Virus record (IMG/VR): IMGVR_UViG_3300031539_000004 | Coordinates: 64,696 to 128,695 of that record | Direction: 5' to 3' (one strand) | DNA length: 64,000 nucleotides | DNA from: a virus | Shown: positions 18,645-27,068 of the stretch, one piece after another | How positions within the stretch are numbered: position 1 is the stretch's first letter | Layout of the letters: every line of letters starts with the position of its first letter | The notes under the pieces: model-generated | Database searches by the model: none | Told to the model about the DNA's origin: nothing | Seen by the model: the letters and a program-made list of their open reading frames with translations, nothing else | Position numbers and translations under genes: made by a program

Positions 18645-18961
18645 CAGCCTTCTCCTTGGTTGGGGTTCGTGTCGTGGTCGCCGCGCATCCCGCGCAACGT
18701 GACGAGGACTTGGCCGGCGGTCGCCTCGTCCAGCCCCACGTCCTCGGTGAGCAGCTTGACGAGCATGGCGTCGGTGACCGCCCCCTCGGCGACCTCCATG
18801 AACGCCTGCGCCTGCTGGCGGCAGGTGGCGGGGTCGAGCTGGCCGTACATGACGGTCCCGTCCTCGGCGATCGCCCGAACGGAGCAGAACCCCTCGAGCT
18901 GTTCGTTGACCCCGGATTCGAGTTCGATGACGGTCAGGATCTTCAGGTCGGGCGTTCCCAC
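18644..18961 (-). CDS. Hypothetical protein
   Basis: RBS AAGGAGG, GTG start; palindrome 18992-19010 upstream. Confidence 0.7.
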   Translation of the reverse strand: MGTPDLKILTVIELESGVNEQLEGFCSVRAIAEDGTVMYGQLDPATCRQQAQAFMEVAEGAVTDAMLVKLLTEDVGLDEATAGQVLVTLRGMRGDHDTNPNQGEG

Positions 18962-18991
18962 TCGGGACCTCCTTGGTGGTCGGGTTCGGAC

Positions 18992-19010
18992 CGTAGCATG
19001 TGAGGCTACG
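18992..19010. promoter_or_regulatory. YGTAG-N9-CTACR palindrome
   Basis: cgtag catgtgagg ctacg. Confidence 0.8.
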
Positions 19011-19015
19011 GCAGA

Positions 19016-19456
19016 TCAGTGGCCGATGTGGAAGAGGCCGAACCGGTCGCGGTCCCACTTCCCGGCGGCGAGCTGTTCGGCGTACACCTTCAGCGCGGCG
19101 ATCACGGGGGCGATGCGCCGGTACCCGTCGTCGCTGGCCTCGAGGGCGAGGATGGTCGTGTCGAAGTCCATCGTCGTCGGCGGCTCGGCGTAGGCGTCCT
19201 TGCTCTGCTGCTGGTCGCCGAAGTAGCGCTGCTCGGCCTCGGGGGCGTCGATCTCGATCGGCCCCCACGCGAGCTGCGGGTACCAGTAGTACCGGTCGGC
19301 GTCGAGGCGGCTCTTGCGGGCCTTGACCAGCTCGGCGAAGTCGCCGTCGTAGCCCATCTTCGACAGGTCGAACGTGGCGACCGGGCGGATCATGGTGCGG
19401 CCATCGCCGAAGCCGTCCATCGTCTCGGCGACGATGAGGGTCGATTCGTATCCCAT
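19016..19456 (-). CDS. Hypothetical protein
   Basis: RBS CCAAGGAGA. Confidence 0.7.
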   Translation of the reverse strand: MGYESTLIVAETMDGFGDGRTMIRPVATFDLSKMGYDGDFAELVKARKSRLDADRYYWYPQLAWGPIEIDAPEAEQRYFGDQQQSKDAYAEPPTTMDFDTTILALEASDDGYRRIAPVIAALKVYAEQLAAGKWDRDRFGLFHIGH

Positions 19457-19485
19457 TGCGGGGTCTCCTTGGTTGGTGGTCGTGG

Positions 19486-19725
19486 TCAGCCGAACTCGGC
19501 GCGAGCGTCGGCGATGAGGCAGGCCATCTCCTCGTCAGCGGCGTCGATCGCCGTGCCGAAGTTGGCGGGGTCTGCGACGAGGCCGACGCTGAAGTCGACG
19601 GCCTCGGGGTCGGTCGGGTCCGGCGCGACGATCCGGTAGAGGCTGTGGTAGCCGAGATCGTCGGGGCCGGTGAGGCCGTAGCGGCCGTCGTCGCTGGTGC
19701 GGATGTAGGCGGGCGTATCGCTCAT
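19486..19725 (-). CDS. Hypothetical protein (MSDTPAY...)
   Basis: Coupled start. Confidence 0.65.
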   Translation of the reverse strand: MSDTPAYIRTSDDGRYGLTGPDDLGYHSLYRIVAPDPTDPEAVDFSVGLVADPANFGTAIDAADEEMACLIADARAEFG

Positions 19726-19994
19726 GGCCACGTCACCGTGCCCGGGGTCATCTCGGCGCAGAAGGCACCGGCGTACTCGATCCACGCTTCCAGCGGCGAG
19801 GCGTGACCCTCGACGTCCTCGGGGTTGTCCTCGGCCCATGCCGTGAGGCATTCGCCGAAGCCGCCGCCGTCGATGTCTCGGGCGATGGCTGCGATGCACT
19901 CGGCGCGGTTCGCACCGATGACCCGCAGCTCGTAGCCGCGGATCGTGACCTCCATGAAGGTCACGGTCTTGCTCTTCGTCTTGGTGGTTGCCAT
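19722..19994 (-). CDS. Hypothetical protein
   Basis: Preceded by CCAAGGAGACGCCGAC. Confidence 0.7.
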   Translation of the reverse strand: MATTKTKSKTVTFMEVTIRGYELRVIGANRAECIAAIARDIDGGGFGECLTAWAEDNPEDVEGHASPLEAWIEYAGAFCAEMTPGTVTWP

Positions 19995-20024
19995 GTCGGC
20001 GTCTCCTTGGGTTGGTCGGCGGTC

Positions 20025-20348
20025 TCAGGCGAGGCCAGCGAAGGGGTCGGGGGTGGTGGTCTCACGGTCGAGGCGAGCCTCGAGGCGACCCTCGAGGGCT
20101 GCGAGCGTCGCTGCGCTCGGGGGGTTCACGCTCTCGACTGAGGCGAGGCTGCGGAGCAGGTCGCCGCCGTTGGCGTTGGCGAGCCTGACCACTGCGAGCA
20201 GGTCGGCGGTGGTGGTGCCGGGGAGGTGGCGCTCGAGGGCGGCGAGGAGGTTCTCGACCTTGCGGGCCCTGGCCCGAGCTTCGAAGCGGTTGGTGGTTGC
20301 GGTGGTGGTCATCGTGGCTCCTTTGGCCTCGGTGGCTGCGTTCATCAT
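20025..20348 (-). CDS. Hypothetical protein, leaderless start with second in-frame RBS start
   Basis: CATACT-N7-ATG; internal AAAGGAGCCACGATG. Confidence 0.7.
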   Translation of the reverse strand: MMNAATEAKGATMTTTATTNRFEARARARKVENLLAALERHLPGTTTADLLAVVRLANANGGDLLRSLASVESVNPPSAATLAALEGRLEARLDRETTTPDPFAGLA

Positions 20349-20355
20349 GTGCTCC

Positions 20356-20389
20356 AGTATGGTCCCTCGGTGTAGCCGAAGCAACTACA
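20356..20389 (-). promoter_or_regulatory. Leaderless promoter with palindrome over -35
   Basis: TTGCTT-N17-CATACT; palindrome 20371-20389. Confidence 0.85.
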
Positions 20390-20456
20390 CCGGCCAGAAC
20401 GGGGGCCGCAAAGAGGCTGGTCACGGCGTTGTTGGAAAGAACCCTGGAACCGGCGC

Positions 20457-21323
20457 TCAGCCGGGCCGCTCGGCGTCGCCCAATTCGGGGAGGATCCCGG
20501 ACCCGCCGCAGGTCGGGCAGCTCACCCCGACGAGCGACACCTCGGCGATCACCCGGTCGCGCAGCTCCTCGACGGCGCGCCACGCCGCGTCCGCGTGCGC
20601 GCCCTTCACCTCGTCGGGGACCCAGCCGAGCGGGATCCGAACCGACCGGGTCGTGACCGCGGGCTTGTAGTTCTTCGACCCTCGCCGCCCTCGGGCTGGC
20701 GTGTGCTCGGTCGGGGCGAGCTTCAGGTCGACGGTGGCGTACCGCTCACCGGTCGCGCCTCGGGCGAGGAAGCAGTGCCGGACCTGCGGGAGCACCTCGA
20801 GCTGGCCTTGCAGCCACGCTCGCACCTCGACGTACTGGCCGGGGAACCCTCGGCGTAGCTGCGGGTGGTCCTTCGCTGCCCACGGCAGGTTCGCCCGCCA
20901 GGGCATCGGCCGGTCCTCGAGCGACAGCTCGGCGAGGTTGATCGGGGTGAGCGCCACCACGTCGGGCGGTCGTTCCTCGGTGTCGAACTCCTCCTCGTAG
21001 AACGCCCACTCCCGAGCGTCCTCGTCGGGACCGGCTCGGCGAGCTCGGGCCTCGTCGGCGGTCATCGCCGCGGGCCACCCCGGGAAGTTGTAGCCGTCGC
21101 GCAGCCGGTAGCCGGTCACGATCCGCAGCGGTGGTAGCGGCAGCTCCACCTCGGTCAGCCCTTCGGGGCCGGCGTACCAGTGACGCTCCTGCAGCGGCGT
21201 GAGGTCGCGCCCGCCTGGCGCTCGGGGCGTGGTGGTGCGACCCGGGTCGATGAGGTACATCGTGCAGGGGTCGTCGCCCTCGGTGAGATGGACCGCGTAC
21301 GCGGTCGGGGGGTTCGGTGCCAT
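20457..21323 (-). CDS. Hypothetical protein (288 aa)
   Basis: RBS AAGGAGGAG; C-terminal CPTC. Confidence 0.7.
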   Translation of the reverse strand: MAPNPPTAYAVHLTEGDDPCTMYLIDPGRTTTPRAPGGRDLTPLQERHWYAGPEGLTEVELPLPPLRIVTGYRLRDGYNFPGWPAAMTADEARARRAGPDEDAREWAFYEEEFDTEERPPDVVALTPINLAELSLEDRPMPWRANLPWAAKDHPQLRRGFPGQYVEVRAWLQGQLEVLPQVRHCFLARGATGERYATVDLKLAPTEHTPARGRRGSKNYKPAVTTRSVRIPLGWVPDEVKGAHADAAWRAVEELRDRVIAEVSLVGVSCPTCGGSGILPELGDAERPG

Positions 21324-21347
21324 GTCGGCTCCTCCTTGGGTTGGTGC

Positions 21348-22334
21348 TCAGCCGACGAGGCCGAGCTTCTTGCGGCAGTCCGGGCCGAGGCCCAGCTCCC
21401 TCGACTTCTCATCGGTGAGCGTCCGGTTGCAGTGGCCGCAGCGGCCGATCTCCCGACCGTAGAGCGCCATCGCCTCGTCCGCGCCAGCCTCGGCGATGCG
21501 CTCGAGGATCCCGGGGATGTGGCTCCACTCGACCCGAGCCTCGGGCTTCCCGCCGACGATCATCTTCACGAACACCCGCCCGGCCCACCGGCCCTCCTCG
21601 GGGCGGTCGACCCGGTAGAAGACGAGGTCGTTGTGGCCCGAGCTCGGCAGGGCGTAGTGGCCCTCCGGTACCGCCTCAGCGGTCGGCAGGTCCCCTCCAC
21701 GGGGCGCAGCGCCCTCGGGGGCCGTGGGGGCCTCTGAGGCCCGCTCCACCCGGTACAGGTCGGTGCCAGCGAACCCGACGACCACCGCCTCGGCGGTCGA
21801 GCCGTCCTTCTTGGCGATCGTGATCGTGTCGCCCCGCTCAGCCTTCGGGCCGGTGACGACCCACTCGTCGCCGTTCTTCGTCCACCGGTACCCCTCGGGG
21901 GCGCTCCGGTCAGGCAGGTAGGTGTGGGCCTTCACCTTCTCGCCGAGCTTCACCTCCGACGTCTTGCCGCTCTTCGCGGTCACGCTCACGGTGTCGCCCG
22001 TGCTGCGGCCCTTGGCGACCACCGCGAAGTCGTCGCCGACCTTCGTCCAGCGGGGGGCCTCGAGGCCGAGCTGGCCTTGGCCGGTGCCGTCGCCCTGCTC
22101 GGGCGGGTCGATCGAGTCGCCGCCGACCCGGTCGTAGATCCGGTCGCGGCGCGTCACGTCGATGCAGGAGCAGAGCCAGCCGCCAGCGTCGGCCCACACC
22201 CGGTCCCACCGGTTCCCGTCGGTCGGGATGTTCTTGCAACCGGGGAGGTGCGTGGTGAGTCCCCACGCCTCGCCGTCGGTCTCGATGATCGGCGCGTCGG
22301 CCGTCAGGTCGTCTGCGTGGGCGATGCTCGCCAT
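21348..22334 (-). CDS. DUF6011-like Zn-finger protein
   Basis: C-terminal CGHCNRTLTDEKSRELGLGPDC. Confidence 0.75.
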   Translation of the reverse strand: MASIAHADDLTADAPIIETDGEAWGLTTHLPGCKNIPTDGNRWDRVWADAGGWLCSCIDVTRRDRIYDRVGGDSIDPPEQGDGTGQGQLGLEAPRWTKVGDDFAVVAKGRSTGDTVSVTAKSGKTSEVKLGEKVKAHTYLPDRSAPEGYRWTKNGDEWVVTGPKAERGDTITIAKKDGSTAEAVVVGFAGTDLYRVERASEAPTAPEGAAPRGGDLPTAEAVPEGHYALPSSGHNDLVFYRVDRPEEGRWAGRVFVKMIVGGKPEARVEWSHIPGILERIAEAGADEAMALYGREIGRCGHCNRTLTDEKSRELGLGPDCRKKLGLVG

Positions 22335-22335
22335 C

Positions 22336-22554
22336 TCAGCTCACCCGCCCTTCCAGCTCGCGTTCGGCGCGGCCCTCGGCTTCCATCTCGGCGAGGAAGG
22401 CCGGCGAGTACCCGGCGGTCCGACGCTGGTGAGCGTCGAAGCCTCGGGCGTGCTCATCGCAACAGGCGAAGGTCGTGCCGTCGTCGCGGGTGCGGTCGGT
22501 GGTGGCGTCGTCTTCGCAGCGCCAGCCTTGGCAGGGGGTTCCGTGATTCATCAT
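22336..22554 (-). CDS. Small Cys-rich protein, leaderless
   Basis: TACGGT-N6-ATG. Confidence 0.65.
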   Translation of the reverse strand: MMNHGTPCQGWRCEDDATTDRTRDDGTTFACCDEHARGFDAHQRRTAGYSPAFLAEMEAEGRAERELEGRVS

Positions 22555-22560
22555 GCGGAC

Positions 22561-22594
22561 ACCGTACCTTCCGTCCGTAGCCGAAGCAACTACA
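22561..22594 (-). promoter_or_regulatory. Leaderless promoter with palindrome over -35
   Basis: TTGCTT-N17-TACGGT; palindrome 22576-22594. Confidence 0.82.
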
Positions 22595-22604
22595 GCGGGG
22601 GCGG

Positions 22605-22793
22605 TCATCGGCCGTCCTCGAATCGGGCGCAGCAGTCGTCGCTGCAGGTCCACGCCACGATCTCGGTGCCGAACGGCCCGTCGTAGTGGGCGGCGGTGGC
22701 GTCGCATAGCGTGGCGTCGATGTCGGCGTCGCATCCGGCGCAGCGGTCGCGGTGACGCGACCAGCGGCCCTTGGCGCTCTTGGTGGCGGCCAT
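22605..22793 (-). CDS. Small Cys-rich protein
   Basis: Coupled start; CAGC, CSDDCC. Confidence 0.6.
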   Translation of the reverse strand: MAATKSAKGRWSRHRDRCAGCDADIDATLCDATAAHYDGPFGTEIVAWTCSDDCCARFEDGR

Positions 22794-23005
22794 CACTCGG
22801 CCCCGCCGTCGATCGACTCGGCGAGCGTGGCGACGAACCATCCGGCGTCGTGGTCGGAGGCGACGCCCTCGGCGAAGGTCTTGCCGTCGAGGGTGATGCG
22901 CCAGACCTCGTGGCCTTCGGCGTCGCGGTACAGGTCGGCGTCGATCCGCCCGTCGGAGGCGTCGATCACGTCGTGCATGCTCGGGGTTGCGGTGAGGTTC
23001 ATCAT
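22793..23005 (-). CDS. Small acidic protein, leaderless
   Basis: TAGGGT-N6-ATG. Confidence 0.65.
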   Translation of the reverse strand: MMNLTATPSMHDVIDASDGRIDADLYRDAEGHEVWRITLDGKTFAEGVASDHDAGWFVATLAESIDGGAE

Positions 23006-23011
23006 GGGACG

Positions 23012-23045
23012 ACCCTACCTCCGATGTGTAGCCGAAGCAACTACA
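23012..23045 (-). promoter_or_regulatory. Leaderless promoter with palindrome over -35
   Basis: TTGCTT-N17-TAGGGT; palindrome 23027-23045. Confidence 0.82.
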
Positions 23046-24687
23046 GATCGAACAGGCTGGATTGCTCGCCCGGACCGCCGTCGGTGGCGGGGTCCAGCTT
23101 GAGCCGAGGGGTGATCGGCTCGGCGAAGGTCTGCAACCCGAGGAGCGGCTCGAGGACCGCCCGAGCCAACCCCGGCGGGACCGCGTTCCCGATCTGTTCG
23201 AACTGCCTCGACCACGTCCCCTGCACCGGGTAGTCGCGCCGGAAGCTCTGAAGGGCCAGCGCCTGCCACGGCTGGATCCGCATCGCGCCCTCCGACCGGC
23301 CAGGGAAGTCCGGACGTCGCCCGTCGTTCGCGTGGTGGCCGCCGGGCCGGAACACCCTCGGGTCGCACGCCAACGTCGTCGCCGGCCGCTCCTCGGCCCA
23401 CTCGCCGCCCTCCGGGGTGTCGGTCGCCTCGGTCGCGTCGATCGTCTCGAGCCGCTCCCGGTCGGCGCGCGGGTCGACGTTCTTCGGGTGCTCCTCGCCG
23501 GCCGGCTGGAACACCATGTCGTCGGCGGCGTGACCGAAAGCGATCGTCGGCGCGGGCTGGTCGCCGGTCCGCACCGCGGCGTTCGCTTGGCGGTCGGAGC
23601 GAAGCTGCCACTGCGACCCGGAGAGCGCGGTGAACGTCGGAGCGGGCTGCTCGGTCGGGTCGATCGTCTGAGCGTCCTCCCGGGTCCCGCCCGGCTTCCA
23701 GTCGCGCCCGGTGTTCAGCATCGCCCCCTCGCCCGGGTCGTCCTCGGCGAGCTCGCCGTCGTCGGGCGGGTACACCTGCCACGACCGGGCCTTCTCGGTG
23801 AGAGCGAACGCCGGCTCATCGATCCCGCGCAGGTCGCGCTCGCGGTACTCGCCGCCGTCGTCGCGGTCGTTCAGCCTCGGGAACCCGACCCTCGAGCCGG
23901 GCTCCGGTTCCCAATCGCCGGCCTCCTGCGCGTCGGCGTACACCTGCCGCGACCCGGAGCCGCCGTCGAGCGGATCCGCCGGGCCGTTGTGGTGGCGCGA
24001 CATCACCGAAGTCGACGGCCTGGTCGTGAGGCCCCAGCCGAGCGCTTCGGCCATCGTCACCCACCGAGCTCGGGACCCGGCCCCCTTCTTCGAATGGGTC
24101 GGCTCCGGGGCCAGCCAGTCCTTCGGGCCGCGCTTCGCCATGAGGATCGCCCGCTCACGGGTCTGCGGGACCCCGTAGTCGGCGGCGTTGAGCACCCCGG
24201 TCCACACCGAGTACCCCCAGCCGGCGAGCACGTTCGCCATCGCCTTCCACAGCGGGAGGACCCTCGGGACCTGCTCGCAGGCGATCCACTCGGGCTGCAT
24301 CAGCCAGGCCCACCGGAGCGGTTCGAGGACCAGCTTCGACCGGTCGTCGGTCCAGTCGCCCTCGGGATCGACCCACCCGTCGGTGCACGCGGCGATCGCC
24401 CGGCGCAGGTCGCCGATGTCATCGAGGCCCTTCTTGTGGCCGGCCATCGAGAACCCTTGGCATGGCGGCGACCCGATGAGCCCCTCGATCGGGCCGAGGG
24501 CGTCGGCCAGGGCACGGATCTGGTCGTCGGTCACCGCGGCGATGTCGGTGTGCCACGTCCGGTGCCCGGCGGCGTACCGGGTGGCGGCGGCGTTGTCGTC
24601 CCACTCGAGGCCGAGGACGTCGGTGCGGCCCAGCTCGAGGAGGCCCTCATCCCATCCCCCCGGTCCTGCGAACAGGTCGATGATCAC
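23041..24687 (-). CDS. DNA cytosine-5 methyltransferase
   Basis: IDLFAGPGG, GSPPCQGFS, EQV (ENV variant), VPQTRER, QIGNAVPP. Confidence 0.93.
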   Translation of the reverse strand: MIIDLFAGPGGWDEGLLELGRTDVLGLEWDDNAAATRYAAGHRTWHTDIAAVTDDQIRALADALGPIEGLIGSPPCQGFSMAGHKKGLDDIGDLRRAIAACTDGWVDPEGDWTDDRSKLVLEPLRWAWLMQPEWIACEQVPRVLPLWKAMANVLAGWGYSVWTGVLNAADYGVPQTRERAILMAKRGPKDWLAPEPTHSKKGAGSRARWVTMAEALGWGLTTRPSTSVMSRHHNGPADPLDGGSGSRQVYADAQEAGDWEPEPGSRVGFPRLNDRDDGGEYRERDLRGIDEPAFALTEKARSWQVYPPDDGELAEDDPGEGAMLNTGRDWKPGGTREDAQTIDPTEQPAPTFTALSGSQWQLRSDRQANAAVRTGDQPAPTIAFGHAADDMVFQPAGEEHPKNVDPRADRERLETIDATEATDTPEGGEWAEERPATTLACDPRVFRPGGHHANDGRRPDFPGRSEGAMRIQPWQALALQSFRRDYPVQGTWSRQFEQIGNAVPPGLARAVLEPLLGLQTFAEPITPRLKLDPATDGGPGEQSSLFDL

Positions 24688-25614
24688 GGGGCCAGGATAG
24701 GGAGCTCATCCCATGTGCGCCCGTCCAGCTCGCGGCCGGCTTCCTTCTTCCCGACCCGGATCACGCCGAGAGGGGAGTACTCGTCGGCCTCGTCGCCGTC
24801 GATCGGTCTCCACTCGCCCCACTGCTTGAACAGGAACGGCACCGACCACTGGACGCAGGCGTCACGGATCCGGCGCGGCCAGTCGGGGTTCATCGGCCGC
24901 GCTGAGGTGCCCGACTCGCCGCCAGCGATGACCCACCCGATCCGGTTGCGCGACCACTCGTACTCCGACTCGGCGCGGGCCTCGTCGGAGATCCGGCGCA
25001 GCCAGGGGCCGAGGTCGACCGCCTCGAGGAGCGGCTCGCAGGACAAGAACCTCACCGGGGCGGGCACCTCGAGCAGCGCCGGGATCCGGGTGTCGGCGCA
25101 CTCCTGGTTCTCGACGGTCGTCCCAACCCACGCGTTCGACGGCCACCCGAGCTCGGGCCGATGGTCGTCGCAGGTCATCCCGAGCGGAAGCGAGAACGAC
25201 GCCCGGCAGGTCGGGCAGGCGTAGTTGATCCACCGGTCGGGGACCATCCCCAGCACGTTCTCGGGGCGCTTGGTGAGCAGCAGCCAGTCGAGGTTCGGGG
25301 TCTCGGCGATCAGCTCCCACAGCCGTTCCCGATGCTCGGCGAGCTCGGGCCGGTCTTCGAACACGTCGGCCATCGACGCGCAGAACACCCGCTGGCGCAC
25401 CCCGGCCTTCGCCGCGGCCCGATCCCACCGCCGAGGGTCGTTCCAGTGCTTGTCGCCGAAGAACTTCCGGTCGGCGTTCTTCCCCCACTCGGTCCCGAAC
25501 CGGTGCGCGAGCGTTTCGGCGTAGCAGTGCTGGCACGCCGGCGAGACCCGAGTGCAGCCCCACCACGGGTTGAAATGTGTGGTCAGCCCACTCAATTGCT
25601 GTGTTCTCTCCCAC
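24684..25614 (-). pseudogene. DUF5131 (Gp37/Gp68-like) gene with a one-base insertion near the 5' end
   Basis: MGENTAIEWADHT in one frame and FNPWWGCTRVSPACQHCYAE...FCASMADVF...FLSCEPLL...WVIAGGESG...FKQWG in another; TTT instead of TT at 25573-25575. Confidence 0.85.
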
Positions 25615-26158
25615 GGTTTCCCTCACCTCCATCTGCGGGGCTAGGCGCGAACCTTCCCCGCTCGTCGCGGCGTCGCTCGCGCGGCTGCCGTGCCCGTTCT
25701 CGGGCGTGATGACACTTCGTGCAGACAGCCTCTACGGCTTCGTGGTGCTCTGGCGCGTAGCCGAGGAAGTGGTCGTATTCGTGGCGTCGGTCGGACCCTC
25801 GGTGGTCGCAGTCGCAGCACGCCACCTCGTCAGGATTGGGCAGGACCCCGACGTTGACGAGGTGGTTGACGCGGCCTCGTGCCTGCAGCCGGTCGTCATC
25901 TCGGGCGGTGACATAGCGGCGGCCAGGAGCGGGCGGGTCGCGCCGTTCGTACCGGTCCTTGGCGCGCTGGCGTCGGCACGGCCGGCACAATGCCGCGAGG
26001 CCGTCGGATCGGTTGCGGTCGCTGCCGAAGGCCGAGCGTGGTTGCCAGCCGCATCCCCCGCACCACTTCTCGCCGAGCTCGAGGTGGGATGCGTACTCCT
26101 CGTGGGAACATCCGATCCGGGCGGCGGCGGTCTTCGTTGCGCCATCAGGTGATCCCAT
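25592..26158 (-). CDS. HNH-like / Zn-finger endonuclease-like protein
   Basis: CGGC, CRPC, CCDC...HEYDHFLGY...VCTKCH. Confidence 0.65.
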   Translation of the reverse strand: MGSPDGATKTAAARIGCSHEEYASHLELGEKWCGGCGWQPRSAFGSDRNRSDGLAALCRPCRRQRAKDRYERRDPPAPGRRYVTARDDDRLQARGRVNHLVNVGVLPNPDEVACCDCDHRGSDRRHEYDHFLGYAPEHHEAVEAVCTKCHHARERARQPRERRRDERGRFAPSPADGGEGNRGREHSN

Positions 26159-26372
26159 GCGGGGACCGTACCTCTGTTTGTCCACTCGATCGTTCCTTGA
26201 GGCAGTCGGGGCAGAGGTCGTCCAGCCCTGGCTTCGGTCGTCGCCATCCGGCCTCGAGGGCGAGGTCGCGGGCGGGGATGCAGCCAAGCGGCGATGACCG
26301 GCCGAAGCGTCGCCCGCACCCGTCGCACTGCGTTTCCCAGCGGCGCATGCCGCTCACCGCCCGACAGCTCAC
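26145..26372 (-). CDS. Small CxxC protein
   Basis: CDGC ... DLCPDC; coupled. Confidence 0.55.
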   Translation of the reverse strand: MSCRAVSGMRRWETQCDGCGRRFGRSSPLGCIPARDLALEAGWRRPKPGLDDLCPDCLKERSSGQTEVRSPHGIT

Positions 26373-26596
26373 GGCATCTGCGTGGTCGGGTCCGTCGCCT
26401 TCAGCCGGGTCCGTTCCTGCTCGGCGGCTCGGCCGGCGTACTCGGCGACGTGGGCGAGGGCGGTGTCGTCGTCGTCGGCGTGGAGCATGAACTCCTGCCG
26501 CATGATGCGGCGACCGGCGACGGGGCGACCGTCGGGTGAGCGGGCCACGGTGGTGACGTTGACCTCGATGCGGTACCGGGTGGATTCATCAGCCAT
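26369..26596 (-). CDS. Hypothetical protein, leaderless
   Basis: TACGGT-N7-ATG within palindrome 26606-26624. Confidence 0.65.
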   Translation of the reverse strand: MADESTRYRIEVNVTTVARSPDGRPVAGRRIMRQEFMLHADDDDTALAHVAEYAGRAAEQERTRLKATDPTTQMP

Positions 26597-26605
26597 GCCG
26601 GGGAC

Positions 26606-26624
26606 CGTAGCCTGCGAGGCTACG
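26606..26624. promoter_or_regulatory. YGTAG-N9-CTACR palindrome (overlaps -10)
   Basis: cgtag cctgcgagg ctacg. Confidence 0.8.
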
Positions 26625-26650
26625 CGCATCCAGCATCGGGCCAGAACGAC

Positions 26651-26683
26651 GAAAGGCCCCCGAGGCCCGAAGGCCCCGAGGGC
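26651..26683 (-). terminator. Intrinsic terminator of long RNA 1
   Basis: GCCCTCGGGGCC-TTCG-GGCCTCGGGGGC then CTTTC. Confidence 0.75.
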
Positions 26684-26979
26684 GGTCCGTGATGGCGAGG
26701 CGGTCACGCCGACCGAGATGCGACGCCGGGGGCAACCCAGCTTTGCGAACCCGATCCGGTTGTTCCTCACGTCCGGTGCTCCGCTCGACGCCAGTTGATC
26801 AGGCTGGCGGCGTCGGGCCGCGTGAGTCCCCTGGTGGTTTGTCCGGCACCTCGGCCGGCGTCACCGCCTCGCAGGTTGTGCTCACTCCCCGGCCCCGTCG
26901 GCCGCGGTTCGTAGTCGGTCCCAGCCTTGCGGCGTGCCGACCCGGCCCTTGGTCCTGTCGGGCGTGGTAGTGAGCTGAG

Positions 26980-27068
26980 TGCCACCGGGGGGAGTTGAAC
27001 CCCTGCCCGCCCCTCTCGGGGCGTCCCGGCCTCGGGGGCCGATCCGCTTCCGGCTGCCGTGCCGTGGC
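26980..27068 (-). other. tRNA-like element within long RNA 1 (no anticodon loop)
   Basis: GCCACGG/CGGTGGC-A acceptor, GGGG-TTCAACT-CCCC T-arm, GCCCC-GAGA-GGGGC arm, 5-nt loop arm. Confidence 0.55.

Noticed and set aside
23062-25224. Long antisense/shadow ORFs (also 48407-51031, 44649-46499, 34913-36445, 57650-59212)
   Set aside because: They lie opposite motif-bearing genes; such stop-free frames are expected at about 70% GC.
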